Assembly (NCBI GenBank): GCA_964016885.1
Contig: OZ024749.1
Coordinates: forward strand, 40,548,001 to 40,612,000
DNA from: Eledone cirrhosa
Taxonomy: Eukaryota
Length of the DNA stretch: 64,000 bases
Direction: 5' to 3'
A model generated the notes under the pieces. It had not been told where the DNA came from. It did not search any database and saw nothing but the letters and a program-made list of their open reading frames with translations. Below are positions 14,698 through 26,436 of the stretch, piece after piece; positions within the stretch are counted from its first letter, which is position 1; each line of letters opens with the position of its first letter. The translations under genes were made by a program, and so were the position numbers.

Positions 14698-14705
<8 letters not shown>
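14290..14705. mobile_element. Penelope-like pseudo-LTR fold-back (family related to 52411-54485) with hammerhead
   Basis: ~66-bp inverted arms ATATTGTTATACTTGGGGAGGGTCATATTTG... at ~14344-14412 and ~14638-14705. Left tail is homologous to 52411-52468. (TA)n flanks. Confidence 0.75.
14458..14499 (+). ncRNA. Minimal type I hammerhead ribozyme
   Basis: ACCA CTGACGA T GTTGCA GATG TGCAAC GAAA GAA CTT TGAT. Perfect stem II, weak stem I, same GAAAGAACT motif as 54282. Confidence 0.65.
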
Positions 14706-14743
<38 letters not shown>

Positions 14744-14907
14744 ATTATTATTAATTGTTTCTAACAAGGCCAGCAATTACCCAGTGTATTACTGGTACTT
14801 TATTTTATCGACCCCGTAAGGATGAAAGGCAAAGTTAACCTCGGCGGGATTTGAACTCAGAATGCCAATCCACCGCCCTTATAATAATATTAATAATAAT
14901 AATGTCC

Positions 14908-15026
14908 GTTTACAATTGTTTCGCTACTCCATATAATATTTCTGGATCAAATGATTATATATCATTATTGATCTGGTTCAGTTGAAAATAATTAACATAG
15001 GTAAAGATAGAGCAGCTCATCGGAAC
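14908..15026 (-). ncRNA. Degenerate hammerhead downstream of the GIY-YIG ORF
   Basis: Minus strand: GTT CCGATGA GCTGCTC...(~80 nt)...GAGTAGC GAAA CAATT GTA AAC. Core has a U>C change; stem III is palindromic. Confidence 0.5.
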
Positions 15027-15417
15027 TTCAAAGGAATATAAATTAAAATAAGGAAAGAATGTTACATAAATGTAATGTTCCATATATTGGTATTTCACTA
15101 TGGTGTCCTGGGTATATCAATTGTCTGCCATAGTCGAGCAGTATTCTTCTGTCGAGGCTGCATTGTGTGAGATCTGCCTATGGGTAACAAGATGGCTGCC
15201 AATGGACATATTTACCTTACTAATTAGAGAGTGGTTTCAGAGGAAGTAACTCCTCGAGAGATTAGAAATTGTGGGTAGTTTATAGTTAAGTGCTAGTTTT
15301 TTGTTTTTTTTTAATTGAGAGACAATGTAAGGGAGGTAACTTATAATTATCTAAGTTAGTTATAGCTATTTAACTTATTAGCTACAAGTAAAAATGGGGC
15401 TAGATGACTATGTTGGG

Positions 15418-16200
15418 TTAAATATTCTGTTGGCGAAGGAATTAGCCCTTCGATGTTGACAGCTAATAGTTACCTCCATTCTATCGTTAATCGGTAGAGG
15501 TCGTGATAGAGTTATGTAATATGCTTCGGTAAGACAGAGGTCACAAGATTTTCTTCGTCCATTGAACGGTTGGGCCCTAGTCAAGATATGCCATGTTAGT
15601 GAATGTTCAATGTTGGTTAATTTAGGGTTTTTAATGAGCCTAGCTAGAGATGTCGAACATCTGTTGTTAGGGTCTCGGAAGGAAAAGGGGTGCGCGTTAT
15701 AGCGTACCTTAAAAGGGTTAGAGGTAGACCCGATATAGGAGCTGGTATGCGAAGCAATTTTAACCGTACACCTATAGACTATGTTGGGTGTCAGGCAGTG
15801 TCCATTTAGTGTGCATGCATTAGGGTAACGGCAGTTGCAGTTACTTCTGCGGTTAGTGAGAGTAGGGTTGTTTAACCTAAGCGGTTGGTCAGTGCTAGAA
15901 GGATTAGAGGGGGGAGGTGTGCTACTAGAGTAAGTATTGGTGTAGTGGCGTGGTGTATTTGATGGGGTGGTGGTACCGCGGTGTGGGAGTTATACTGTCT
16001 TAGTTTATGATGGTTACTGAATGCGATGTGGCTAGCTAGGTCAGGTGTTGTGGAGAATGAGATTTTAATGTTATTTTTATTAAAGAGTTTGTAATATCTA
16101 TGGTTGGAGGGGGAATGTTTAGATAGGATAGAGAAGAAGCGTTTAGGGATATTAGTGGCTAGATTAGATGAGAATGGGGGGGTTAAGCCAGGTGATATTT
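15418..16200 (-). mobile_element. Penelope-like element remnant, RT-thumb/linker + GIY-YIG endonuclease (Naiad-like CxCx5C linker)
   Basis: Minus frame reads CNCRYPNACTLNGHCLTPNIVYRCTVK..SSYIGSTSNPFKVRYNAH..W..CDLCLTE..NDRME..CQH, stop at 15418-15420. Upstream KLFNKNNIKISFSTTP lies in a shifted frame. Confidence 0.8.
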
Positions 16201-16743
16201 CTAGGTTAATTACTTCCAGGGGTTCTAGTGGGGTTGGTAGGGCATTCATAGGGTTATTATTACCTGGGCATTTGTTATTTGTCATCCCATTGCTCATTCC
16301 TATTCTAGGGTTGATTTTTAGTTTGCTACTTGGAGTGGGAAGCAGGCCACTGCCACCATTAAGGTTCCCTGTATAAGTGCTGTTACTGCTAAAATTCCGG
16401 CGAATCTGGCTATATGCTAAGGTATTTCTAGTTCTATAGTTCTAGTGTTAAGTTTATTATGGTTGTGGTGAATTGGTGTGTTATGGCATTTAGGTATGTA
16501 GTAAATGGACTGTTCATAACCAGATTCAGAAAGAGCCTTATTATAATATGCTGCATGGTTTATAAATAGCTCCTCATTTGCTGATAGCATGTGCACCTAA
16601 CCTCTGCATGAACCCAGCCACCTAGCTGCTTTCCACTGCATATTGCACATTAAGCATATGCCTTTACGCTTTGGCTTCTAACTAATTCACCAATCTCTCC
16701 TCTCCTATCTCCATCTCTCTCTTTAAGATTGGTTACTCTTGAA

Positions 16744-16794
<51 letters not shown>

Positions 16795-16995
16795 GTTCAA
16801 GAGTAACCAGTCTTAAAGAGAGAGATGGAGATAGGAGAGGAGATAGGAGAGATTGGTGAATTACCCAGTGCATTACTGGTACTTTATTTTATCGACCCCG
16901 TAAGGATGAAAGGCAAAGTTAACCTCGGCGGGATTTGAACACAGAATGGCAAGGGCCGTAACTCTATGCGTCAAAGCATGGCATCCAACCTTCTA

Positions 16996-17437
<442 letters not shown>

Positions 17438-18738
17438 CATATATATGCGCCATTCTGTGTTCAAATCCCGCCGAGGTTAACTTTGCCTTTCATCATTACG
17501 GGGTCGATAAAATAAAGTACCAGTAATGCACTAGGTAATTGCTGGCCTTGTCCCTAAAGTAGAAACAATTATATATATATATATATAATCATTATCTATT
17601 TCTTCGGGAACATATCTCATTAGAAAATATGAATTATTAAGAAAGTTATGACGACAAAACAAAGTCAGTTGAAAGTGGAGGAGGGGAAGTAATTAGGTCA
17701 ACCACAATATAATTTCAGTGCAATGAATAACGGACATCAAATACAATGAGGGACACAATAGTAGGTTACACCGGTATATCACCGTAAATATTCATCATAG
17801 AGCAGCAGAACTAAGTAAGTTTTCTAATTACGTCAAATTCAGTGTTTTGTTCCTCATTTTAATTAATTAATTGACATAATATGTTAATAATACTAGTATT
17901 ATAGTTACTAATATTATTATTATAATAATAATGATTATTATTATTATACTTATACCATATCTAAAGCCCATTTGATACCATACCACCCATAGTTCTATGA
18001 TACATGACTGTTTATTTGAAAGTTTTTATATTTATCTGAAAACCTTTCATCATAATTTCATATATGAACCTTTGTTATATTACGTTCCAAGCACTCGCTT
18101 AATATTGAGAAGGTTATAGAACTAAATCCCTCCAAATTCTAGGCAGTCTTTCTTTAGAAATATGGTCGCGAAATGGTTAATTTAATTTTGTATGATTTTC
18201 AAAATTATTTAAATTTGTGTTTCCTATTCAACAATGCTTCAAACAAACTACAACACTGTGTTATATATAGTTGTCTACTTTTCAGTACTTGCATGGGCTA
18301 CCACGTTTTGCTCATACAGATCTATATTTTGGCTTGGTTTTTACGGCCGGATGCCTTTCCTAACGCCAACCATGTTATAGTGTGGAGGACGGTGCTTTTT
18401 ATTGTAGCACTAACTCAACCACCTTACGTGGTAGACTGGTTGCTTCTTTATTGTATCACCGGCAGAACCACTATACAGGGTGGGCTTTTTTTTTTTTGTC
18501 ATGGTAGATCACATATGGTGCATGTCCATCTTTCCATACTATCTTAGTAATGAAATGATAATTTTAGTAAACCCCTCAAAATTCTTCATTAACTAATTGA
18601 AATAGGGTGTATTTCATTAGATATATGGTCATGAAACGGTTAATGTCAACCGCTTTACAGAGTGTACTGGGTGCACCTTTTCATAGTACTAAGGCTACAA
18701 TTAAACAGTTATAATGAATCTGTTATTTCAGTATTAAA

Positions 18739-18818
18739 ATGGGTCGTTATCTGGACAGTGATGAAGAAAGGAAGAAACACAAGAAGAAGAAAAAACGACA
18801 TTCACGTTCAAGGTCTGA
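18739..18818 (+). CDS. RSRC1: RSRC1 coding exon 1 (MGRYLDSDEERKKHKKKKKRHSRSR..)
   Basis: ATG at 18739; resembles the human N-terminus MGRRSSDTEEE..KKKHRRRS. Two in-phase donors (after 18812 and 18818). Probable 5'UTR donor at 17815 and acceptor at 18730-18731. Confidence 0.8.
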
Positions 18819-19000
18819 GTAAATAATTGTATAACTTTATCTACCTTTTGTATATCTATCTATCTGTCTGCCTATCTGTCGATCTGTTTATATCTACCTA
18901 TCTATCTGTTTGTCTGTCTTTTGGGCTCTATCTGTCGATCTGTTTATATCTATCTACCTGCCTATATGTCTGTCATATCACTTTAATATTACATTACTTT

Positions 19001-19188
19001 AGGGCGGTGAATTGGCAGAATCGGTAGAGGGCTGGACACCATGCTTTCTAGCATAGTTACGTCCCTTTACAGTCTGAGTTCAAATCCCGCCGAGGTTAAC
19101 TTTGCCTTTCATCCTTACGGAGTCGATAAAATAAAGTACCAGTAATGTACTGGGTAATTGCTGGCCTTGTGCCTAAAGTAGAAACAAA
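19001..19188 (+). mobile_element. Full-length tRNA-derived SINE (reference copy of the family)
   Basis: A-box-like TGGCAGAATCGG, B-box GAGTTCAAATCC, conserved central GCCTTTCATCCTTACGGAGTCGATAAAATAAAGTACC. Many copies across the window. Confidence 0.88.
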
Positions 19189-19430
19189 TATTACATTACT
19201 TTATATGTCTACATCTTGTAAATCTATCTGCCTGTCTCTATGCCTATCCATCTGTCTGCCATTACTGTATATGTCTAGCTCTTGTATACCATTTTTTTTT
19301 TAAGAAGAGACGTTTCCATATTTAATTAAAAGAAAAATTAATTAGTGAGGAAAGAAAAAGGAATTATTTTCAGAATCTCTGCATATTTTCCTTGCTACCT
19401 TTTTTTCATGTTGTTGTATTGTATCTCTAG

Positions 19431-19976
19431 GTCTGAGAGTTCATCGTCCTATGAAGGTCGTCATCAGAAGAAATCCAAAAGTAAGAAGAAACACAGACAT
19501 CGTTCTAACAGTCGATCTCCAACTTATTCCAATCGGAGTTATTCAAGGGAACGCTCCAGTCGAAGATCTCCATCTTGGGACAGAGAAAAATCCAAGAGGA
19601 AGCGAAGCTATTCACGGGAGGTTTCCAGTCACAGATCTCGTTCGCGGGACCGAGAACGGGACTCCGATCGGAACCAGAATAGTTCTGACCGATATAGAAA
19701 GAGAGGTGGTTCTAGAGACAGGTCACGGTCCAGAGATAGGTCACGCTCCAGGGAAAAGTCTTCTCGAACCAAGAGCAAATATAAGGACAGGAGCCGTTCT
19801 CGGGACAGGGGTGATGACAAACACCACCGGTCAAGGAGTTATTATCGGCCCTCAAGTTCAACACGGTCAGACTACAAAGAATCTAGATCTCACAGCCACC
19901 GTAGGTCTCGCAGCCGTAGCAAGTCATGGTCATCGTCTGACCAACGATCAAGTCAACATTCAAAACAATCCAAGAG
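19431..19976 (+). CDS. RSRC1: RSRC1 exon 2, RS-rich domain
   Basis: ctctAG acceptor, AG|GTAACC donor, phase 2-2, RS/RD dipeptide-rich. Confidence 0.88.
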
Positions 19977-20024
19977 GTAACCCGCTTATATTTTAATTCT
20001 TTTTATATTCTTTTACACCTAGTT

Positions 20025-20660
20025 TCCTTAAGGACTACCAGATAATAGATCAGGGTATATTGTCAAAGGCCTTCTCTAGGTCAATGAAAGCTAGATATAG
20101 TGGCTAGAAACTTCTCTTGTAGTTGTCTCAGTAAGAAAAGGACATATGTGGTGCTACTGGCACAAAACATCTAAATTCATTCTTTCCCTAATTAGTTATG
20201 CTGAAACTCTTTCTGTCATTTTCATAATTTGGTTCATCAGTTTTATTCCCTTATAATTGCTCCTTTCTAGTGCATCACATTTTCCCTTGCAAAAGTTAAT
20301 CAGTATACTGCTATGCCAGTCATTGGTTATGACCCCATCATATATTACTTGATTGACTGTGCAGCTGACTTGGGTAGCTCCTTCTGCCAATCAATGTCCA
20401 CATCCATCAACCTCTCATAATAGCATTTCCAGGCCTCCTTTTGAACATCAGTGATGTTAAGTGCACCAGTGTCATTTTGAACTCCCTTTTCGCCCACAAC
20501 ATCCTAGTTTTTACTGACACACTGCTTTGTGTTGCAGAACACTTCATGTCTCTGATCCTCATATCAAAAGACATTGGTAAACTACCTGCTTTCAGTTTCT
20601 TTGCATGCTAAGTATACCTGTTGTTTAGCTTCTCTTTTAGCTACTTGGTATTGATCTTTG
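20025..20660 (-). mobile_element. Decayed RTE LINE fragment (intronic)
   Basis: DWHSSILINFCKGKCDALERSNYKGIKLM is homologous to the 38500-40737 element. Confidence 0.8.
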
Positions 20661-20849
20661 CTGCCCCCATTTGTTCTCTCTCTTCTTCACTCTCTCTCTT
20701 CTTCACTCTCTCTCTCCTTATTTATATTCTCTTTTTCTCTCTCTCTCCTTATTTCCATTCTCTTTTTCTCTCTCTCAATGGCTGAAATAACTAGTAAAAA
20801 CCAAACACACACATGTAATCCAGTAAAATATTTTTATTATAACTTCTAG

Positions 20850-20936
20850 GTCTAGATCTCCAGACAGAAGTGGCTACCATTCTTGGCAATCGACCAGTCC
20901 TGAAGCAAAACAAGGAACTAGCTCTTCCAAGAAAGA
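20850..20936 (+). CDS. RSRC1: RSRC1 exon 3
   Basis: ttctAG / GTAAGT, 87 nt, phase 2-2, SRSPDRSGYHSWQSTSPEAKQGTSSSKK. Confidence 0.8.
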
Positions 20937-21419
20937 GTAAGTTTCACTTTATTATTAATCGTTTATAATTAACGCCGTCAGGAATTGAACTCACAACCTT
21001 ATGACCATTAGGTGAACACCCTAACCACTTAGCTACTTCCCTTACACACACATATATATATTCATTTTGATTTCAAATCCCATCAAAATTAACTTTGCCT
21101 TTCATCTTTCCAAGTTTAATCAAATAAAAGTACCAGTCATGTATTGGGGATCTAACCCTCTCCCTCAAATTTCTATGTTACAAACATTACTGGACAACAT
21201 GCCTTGTGATATTTGTTCCAGCTTATTACATTCTTAGTTCTAATCTTTCTGAGGTCGGTATTGCCTTTCGTTTTTTCCAGGTTTGATAAATTAGAGTACC
21301 AGTCATGTACTAGGTTGATATAATTGACTATTCCCTTCCGCTTCCCAAATGTCTAGCACTGTGATTATGTAAGCAATTATTATTAAAATAAAAACTTCCT
21401 ACTTTCTGTTGTATTACAG

Positions 21420-21456
21420 TGATCTCTGTGCCAGAATACCAGGTTTTGCTTCAATG
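21420..21456 (+). CDS. RSRC1: RSRC1 exon 4
   Basis: ttacAG / GTAAGT, DLCARIPGFASM, phase 2-0. Confidence 0.8.
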
Positions 21457-21601
21457 GTAAGTTTATGATTTTGGACTTTATCTAATTAATGTTTTTTTAC
21501 TAATTAACACAGTTTCATATTTCTTTGTTAATTAACTAATTATTTTTTCCTTTTTTATATATATATATATTATTTACAATTATTATTTTCTTTTTTCACA
21601 G

Positions 21602-21653
21602 GAACCTAGTGAACAAGCCAAAATTAAGTTACAGATGGCACTTAAAGCTGCTG
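21602..21653 (+). CDS. RSRC1: RSRC1 exon 5
   Basis: EPSEQAKIKLQMALKAA matches human PPAEQAKARLQLVLEAA; phase 0-1. Confidence 0.9.
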
Positions 21654-21721
21654 GTATGGTTGACTTTTATTTTCAGTGTGGAGATGTGTACAGTGTGGTT
21701 AAGAAATTTAGATGTTATTCC

Positions 21722-21925
21722 TTAACCTTTTAGCATTTAAACCGGCTATATCCAGCCAGAATTCTCTCACCTTTTCTGTTCAAACCAGCTGCTCATATTT
21801 ATGTTAAGTTATTGTTCTCAAAATAAATGCTATCACAATCTCATAGATTCAATATTATGTGAATAAAGTCTTTACTGTGAATTTACAATAGTATATATAA
21901 AGTAATGTAAATGCTAAAGGGTTAA
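21722..21925. mobile_element. piggyBac-type MITE (TTAA-CCYTTTAGCATT...AATGCTAAAGGG-TTAA)
   Basis: TIRs and TTAA TSD. Related copies at 25070-25298 and 26242-26436. Confidence 0.75.
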
Positions 21926-22692
21926 ACAACTGTAACTATGAAAATAATCATGTATTTTAAAAGATTTAATAAAATAAGTAACTTTGACATTATTAAGTTG
22001 GTGCTTAGAAACTAACTTAACAAAGAACCGCACATAAAAGTTTTGAAATAAATGTAAAGGCTTCAACCCTTTCATTACCATATTTCTTATGAAAGATACA
22101 GCCTGTGATTTTCAAATAATTTTGAAGATATTCAGTAATATAATTAACTTTGACATTATTAAGCTGATGTTTTAGAACATTACAAATGTTCTTACATAAA
22201 ATTATGATGCAGGGTTTTTAGATAAATATAAAAACTTTCAAATAAACAGTTTTGTTTCATTGAACCAGGGGTGATTTCAGGCAGTTTCGCATAAAAAAAA
22301 AGTTAACAATAATTAGATGTAGTGTGCAGGAGAGAAGACTGTAAGACAGTGTTGGTATGGCCATGTCATGTATATGAAGGATGAGTGTTGGGTGAAAAAA
22401 TGCCAAGAAATCCCAGTGGAAATGGGCTGTGGTAAAGGAAGATCAAGGAAGACCTGGGCAGAGGTTGTCAGAACTGATCTATAATCACTGAATTTCACAG
22501 AAGAAAGAAACAAAGGATCAAGACAATTGGAGAGATGCTGTCCTAGAAAAAAACCGTCCAATCCATGCAAGCATGGAAAAAGGGACATAAAACCATGATG
22601 ATGATGAAAACAGTGCCACATTTTTAAAAATGTGGAATTTCCGTTGTTTTGTTTTTCTGTTATTAATATTACTTTTTTGTTGCCACATACAG

Positions 22693-22856
22693 CTGCAGCT
22701 GATGAACAGCTGCGCAAGATGCAGGAAAAGAATACAATGGCAAAGGAGCAACGACAAATAACAGAACAGCCAGACTTTGCCATTAAGGTAGAAGATATTG
22801 AAAGTTCTGGATTTACACAATCAACATTTGTCTCTGGCACCAACAGATTGACACAG
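22693..22856 (+). CDS. RSRC1: RSRC1 exon 6
   Basis: AADEQLRKMQEK..VEDIESSGFTQSTFVS matches human ADEALK..IEAIESDSFVQQTFRS; phase 1-0. Confidence 0.9.
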
Positions 22857-23652
22857 GTAAATTATTAACCCTTTTTATTCCAACACAGCCAACACTAGCT
22901 CTGGTCCTATGAAACAAAACCACTCATAAAGAAGTCCTATTTAACCTTTTTGATACCAACCCAGCCAATAATTTCTCTCATTCTATGAAACAAAATTATC
23001 CCTTTTAAAGGGTTCATATTTAACCTTTTTTGACACCAATCCAACCAATAGTTGCTCTCATTCTATGAAACAAAATTACCCATTTTAATGGGTTCATATT
23101 CAAATTAAAACCATCCAACAATTTTATAAGAACCATACATTCAGTTACTAAGTAATGAAATAATTTTAGTAAATCCCTCAAAATTCTTCAATAATCAATT
23201 GATATGGAGTTCCAAAAACCCACTTAACCATCTTGATACCAACCCAGCCAAAACCAGCTCTGGTTGTATGAAACAAAACCACCCATTTTAACCTTTTGAC
23301 TGCCACATATATTTTACACAGCTACAGTTGCTGTGTCAGGTTTTTTTTCAGTAAAATGACTATTTTTTTAAACAAACATTTATTAATAACATCTGAATGA
23401 TTGACAAACATCAATAAACTAGTAACCCCATCTAGCTTTGAAGTTATGAACTGTTGGAAAAGAGTTCAAACATGTTAGGACGAGTTATCTTGTCTACAGC
23501 ACTGAAGAGGTTAAAGAGTTCCTGTTTGAATTAAAGCCTTTCATCATAATTTGTTATAAAGATCATCATCATCATTATCACTGTTTAACGTCTATTTTCC
23601 ATTAAGAGTTAAACATCGTCTTTGTGTCTGTTGTTCTCTGTTTCTTAATAAG

Positions 23653-23811
23653 GAATCGCCTGAAGATGTCCAATTTGGTACCATAGCTGAAATAAAACCT
23701 GGCAACAGTAGTGTCAAGTGTAACAATGGCCAAACTACAACACCAACAACAGCAGCAATGACCAACAGTTACAAATACAACATTGATATCGACACCTTTG
23801 CACATCCCAGT
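23653..23811 (+). CDS. RSRC1: RSRC1 exon 7
   Basis: 159 nt, phase 0-0, ends DTFAHPS|GTAAGT (human SLAHPN). Confidence 0.82.
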
Positions 23812-24004
23812 GTAAGTATTGCAATATTCTGACTTCCTTCCTCTTTACTTGTTGCTGTTGTTCAACACCAGCAGTTTTATGCTCCCTCCCACTCTCCATC
23901 TCCCATTGTGGGATGACTGCCTCTCTCTTAGCAAGTTATATGTAGCTTACTAACCCTACCACTCTCCCATCACTGCCTTTCCTATTCTGCCTGAGGACAC
24001 AATG

Positions 24005-24620
24005 TGCACCCTGTAAAGTGATAGTGCTGGTGCCATGATAAAACACACCCAGTACACCCTATAAAGTGGTAGTGCTGGTGCCATGATAAAGCACACCCAG
24101 TAGACCTTATAAAGTGGTAGTGCCGGTGCCATGATAAAACACACCCAGTACACCCTATAAAGTGGTAGTGCCGGTGCCATGATAAAACACACCCAGTAGA
24201 CCTTATAAAGTGGTAGTGCTGGTGCCATGATAAAACACACCCAGTACACCCTATAAAGTGGTTGTGCTGGTGCCATGATAAAACACACCCAGTACACCCT
24301 GTAAAGTGGTAGTGCTGGTGCCATGATAAAACACACCCAGTACACCCTATAAAGTGGTAGTGCTAGTGCCATGATAAAACACACCCAGTACACCCTATAA
24401 AGTGGTAGTGCTGGTGCCATGATAAAACACACCTGGTACACCCTGTAAAGTGGTTGGGTCACTGCCATGATAAAATACTCAGTACACTCTGTAAAATGGT
24501 TGGGTCACTGCCATGATAAAACATCCAGTACACCCTGTAAAAGGGTTGGGTCACTGCCATGATAAAACACCCAGTACACCGTGTAAAGTGGTAGGGCCAA
24601 TGTCATAATAAAATGCACCC
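24005..24620. repeat. 48-bp minisatellite derived from a SINE motif
   Basis: Unit CACCCAGTACACCCTATAAAGTGGTAGTGCTGGTGCCATGATAAAACA, about 12 copies. The core matches the GCACCCAGTACACTCTGTAAAGTGG motif of the (GAT)n-tailed SINEs. Confidence 0.9.
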
Positions 24621-25069
24621 AGCCATCATTCAATGTGTCTTTCCATTTTAAAGACTAGATATGATTTGAGAGAGATTTGGCTGCTATGTCTTGCAGGTTG
24701 AGTGTAGGGGCTCCCTTTGATAATGATCATAGAGGCATAAGGGTAGTGATCTTGGGGTATACTGATTAAAATGGTAATGACTGTTATTATTATTAGTCTT
24801 ATTTTAATTATATGTCGTCACTGCATTACCGAACACAACTGTGTTCCTTGGGTATGTGTTGTCTGATTTTCAATGGTGTTGTTTCTATTTTATTGAGTAC
24901 TCTTTGTAATATGTATGCAGTTCCCAGTAGTGCATTTTTTGTACACTATATATTTGTAAATCCTGGAGTTTTTTGTTATGTATCTATTTGTGTGTGTTTT
25001 ATCATTCCCAGAGCACCTATTGGTATTATTTCTTTATATTTTGATAATTTTTCCATTTTCTATTGGGGA

Positions 25070-25298
25070 TTAACCCTTTAGCATTCACATTACTCTATAT
25101 TTACTATTGTATTTTCACAGAAAAGGCTTTACCTTACATAATTATCTCACATAATATTGAAAATATGAGATTTTGATATTATTTATTTTGAAAACAATGC
25201 CTTAACATAAGTATGAGCAGCCGATTATGACTGGTTTAAACAGAAAAAGGTGAGAAAATTCTGGCCGGATACGGCCGGTTTAAATGCTAAGGGGTTAA
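25070..25298. mobile_element. piggyBac-type MITE
   Basis: TTAACCCTTTAGCATT ... AATGCTAAGGGGTTAA. Confidence 0.75.
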
Positions 25299-25475
25299 TA
25301 CATCAATTAGAAGGCATTCTTTTTCTTTGTGGTCTTTTGACTGTAATATCCAGTTGGTTATACTATAAAATATCCCTGTCTGTGTGAATTGGCATTGTCT
25401 TTTTTATTTTATTTGTGACACTTGAGGGGTAAAGTCTAGCCCATCGTTTATTATTATTATCTTTCTATCTTCCAG

Positions 25476-25565
25476 TTGTTCATCGACATCAGTGAGAAGA
25501 AGAAGAGGTGGCTACAGAAACTCACTTCATTCAGGAAGAAGAAGACATCTAGTCTGCTTCTTTAA
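25476..25565 (+). CDS. RSRC1: RSRC1 terminal exon
   Basis: ttccAG acceptor. LFIDISEKKKRWLQKLTSFRKKK..* matches human [23 protein letters not shown]. Joined CDS ~404 aa. Confidence 0.88.
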   Translation: MFIDISEKKKRWLQKLTSFRKKKTSSLLL

Positions 25566-26241
25566 AGCTATACATACATACACAATCACATATATATATA
25601 TATATACACACACTCACATACATACACACATATATATATATACACTCGTGTTCACATATATACAGATTCATAAACTTGCATATTTAAAGGCTTACACATG
25701 TATACATATACACAACAAACACATATATAGATACACATAACACATACACATACATATACAAATATACACATGTATAAACACATATACACACACACATGTT
25801 GAACCTCTATTGGTTCCGAAAATAAATGTTCCCGTTCTCTGATCAATGCAACAACCTGCTCATTCAATTAATATGCAAGTGGCTGAGCATTCCACAGACA
25901 CACATACCTTTAATGTAGTTCTCAGGAAGATTTAGTATGACATAATCTGTGCTAAAGCTGTTCCTATGGATTAGATACAACTCACTTTTGCGAGCTGATT
26001 GGACTGGAGCTATATAAAATAAAGTGTCTTGCTCAAGGATATAATGCAATACTGTCAACACATACAGATACACACTATCTTTTACCAAATGTGAAATAAC
26101 CCCCACCCAAAATAAATATTTCCTCAAAAAGGATTTTATTGAAACTTTCATCAGTTTCTATTGTTTTATATCCATCCACCATATTTCCTTATCACTTTCT
26201 CCATTGTGATCCTGTCTCTATTTGTACTCCCTGAAGAAGGC

Positions 26242-26436
26242 CTAACCCTTTAGCATTCACATTATTTTATATATACTATTATATTTTCATAGTAAAGGCT
26301 TTACCTCACATAATATCGAATCTATGAGATTTTGAAAGTATTTATTTTGAGAACAATACCGTAACATCAGTTTGAGCGGCCAGTTTCAACAGAAAGAGGT
26401 AGAGAATTCTGGCCGGTTTGAACATTAAAGGGTTAA
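26242..26436. mobile_element. piggyBac-type MITE inserted into a degenerate hammerhead stem II
   Basis: Same family as 25070. Flanks read CTGAAGA AGGC|CTAA...TTAA|GCCC GACA. Confidence 0.65.

Noticed and set aside
23956-24468. 170-aa ORF with a 16-aa repeat
   Set aside because: By-product of a 48-bp intronic minisatellite, antisense to RSRC1.
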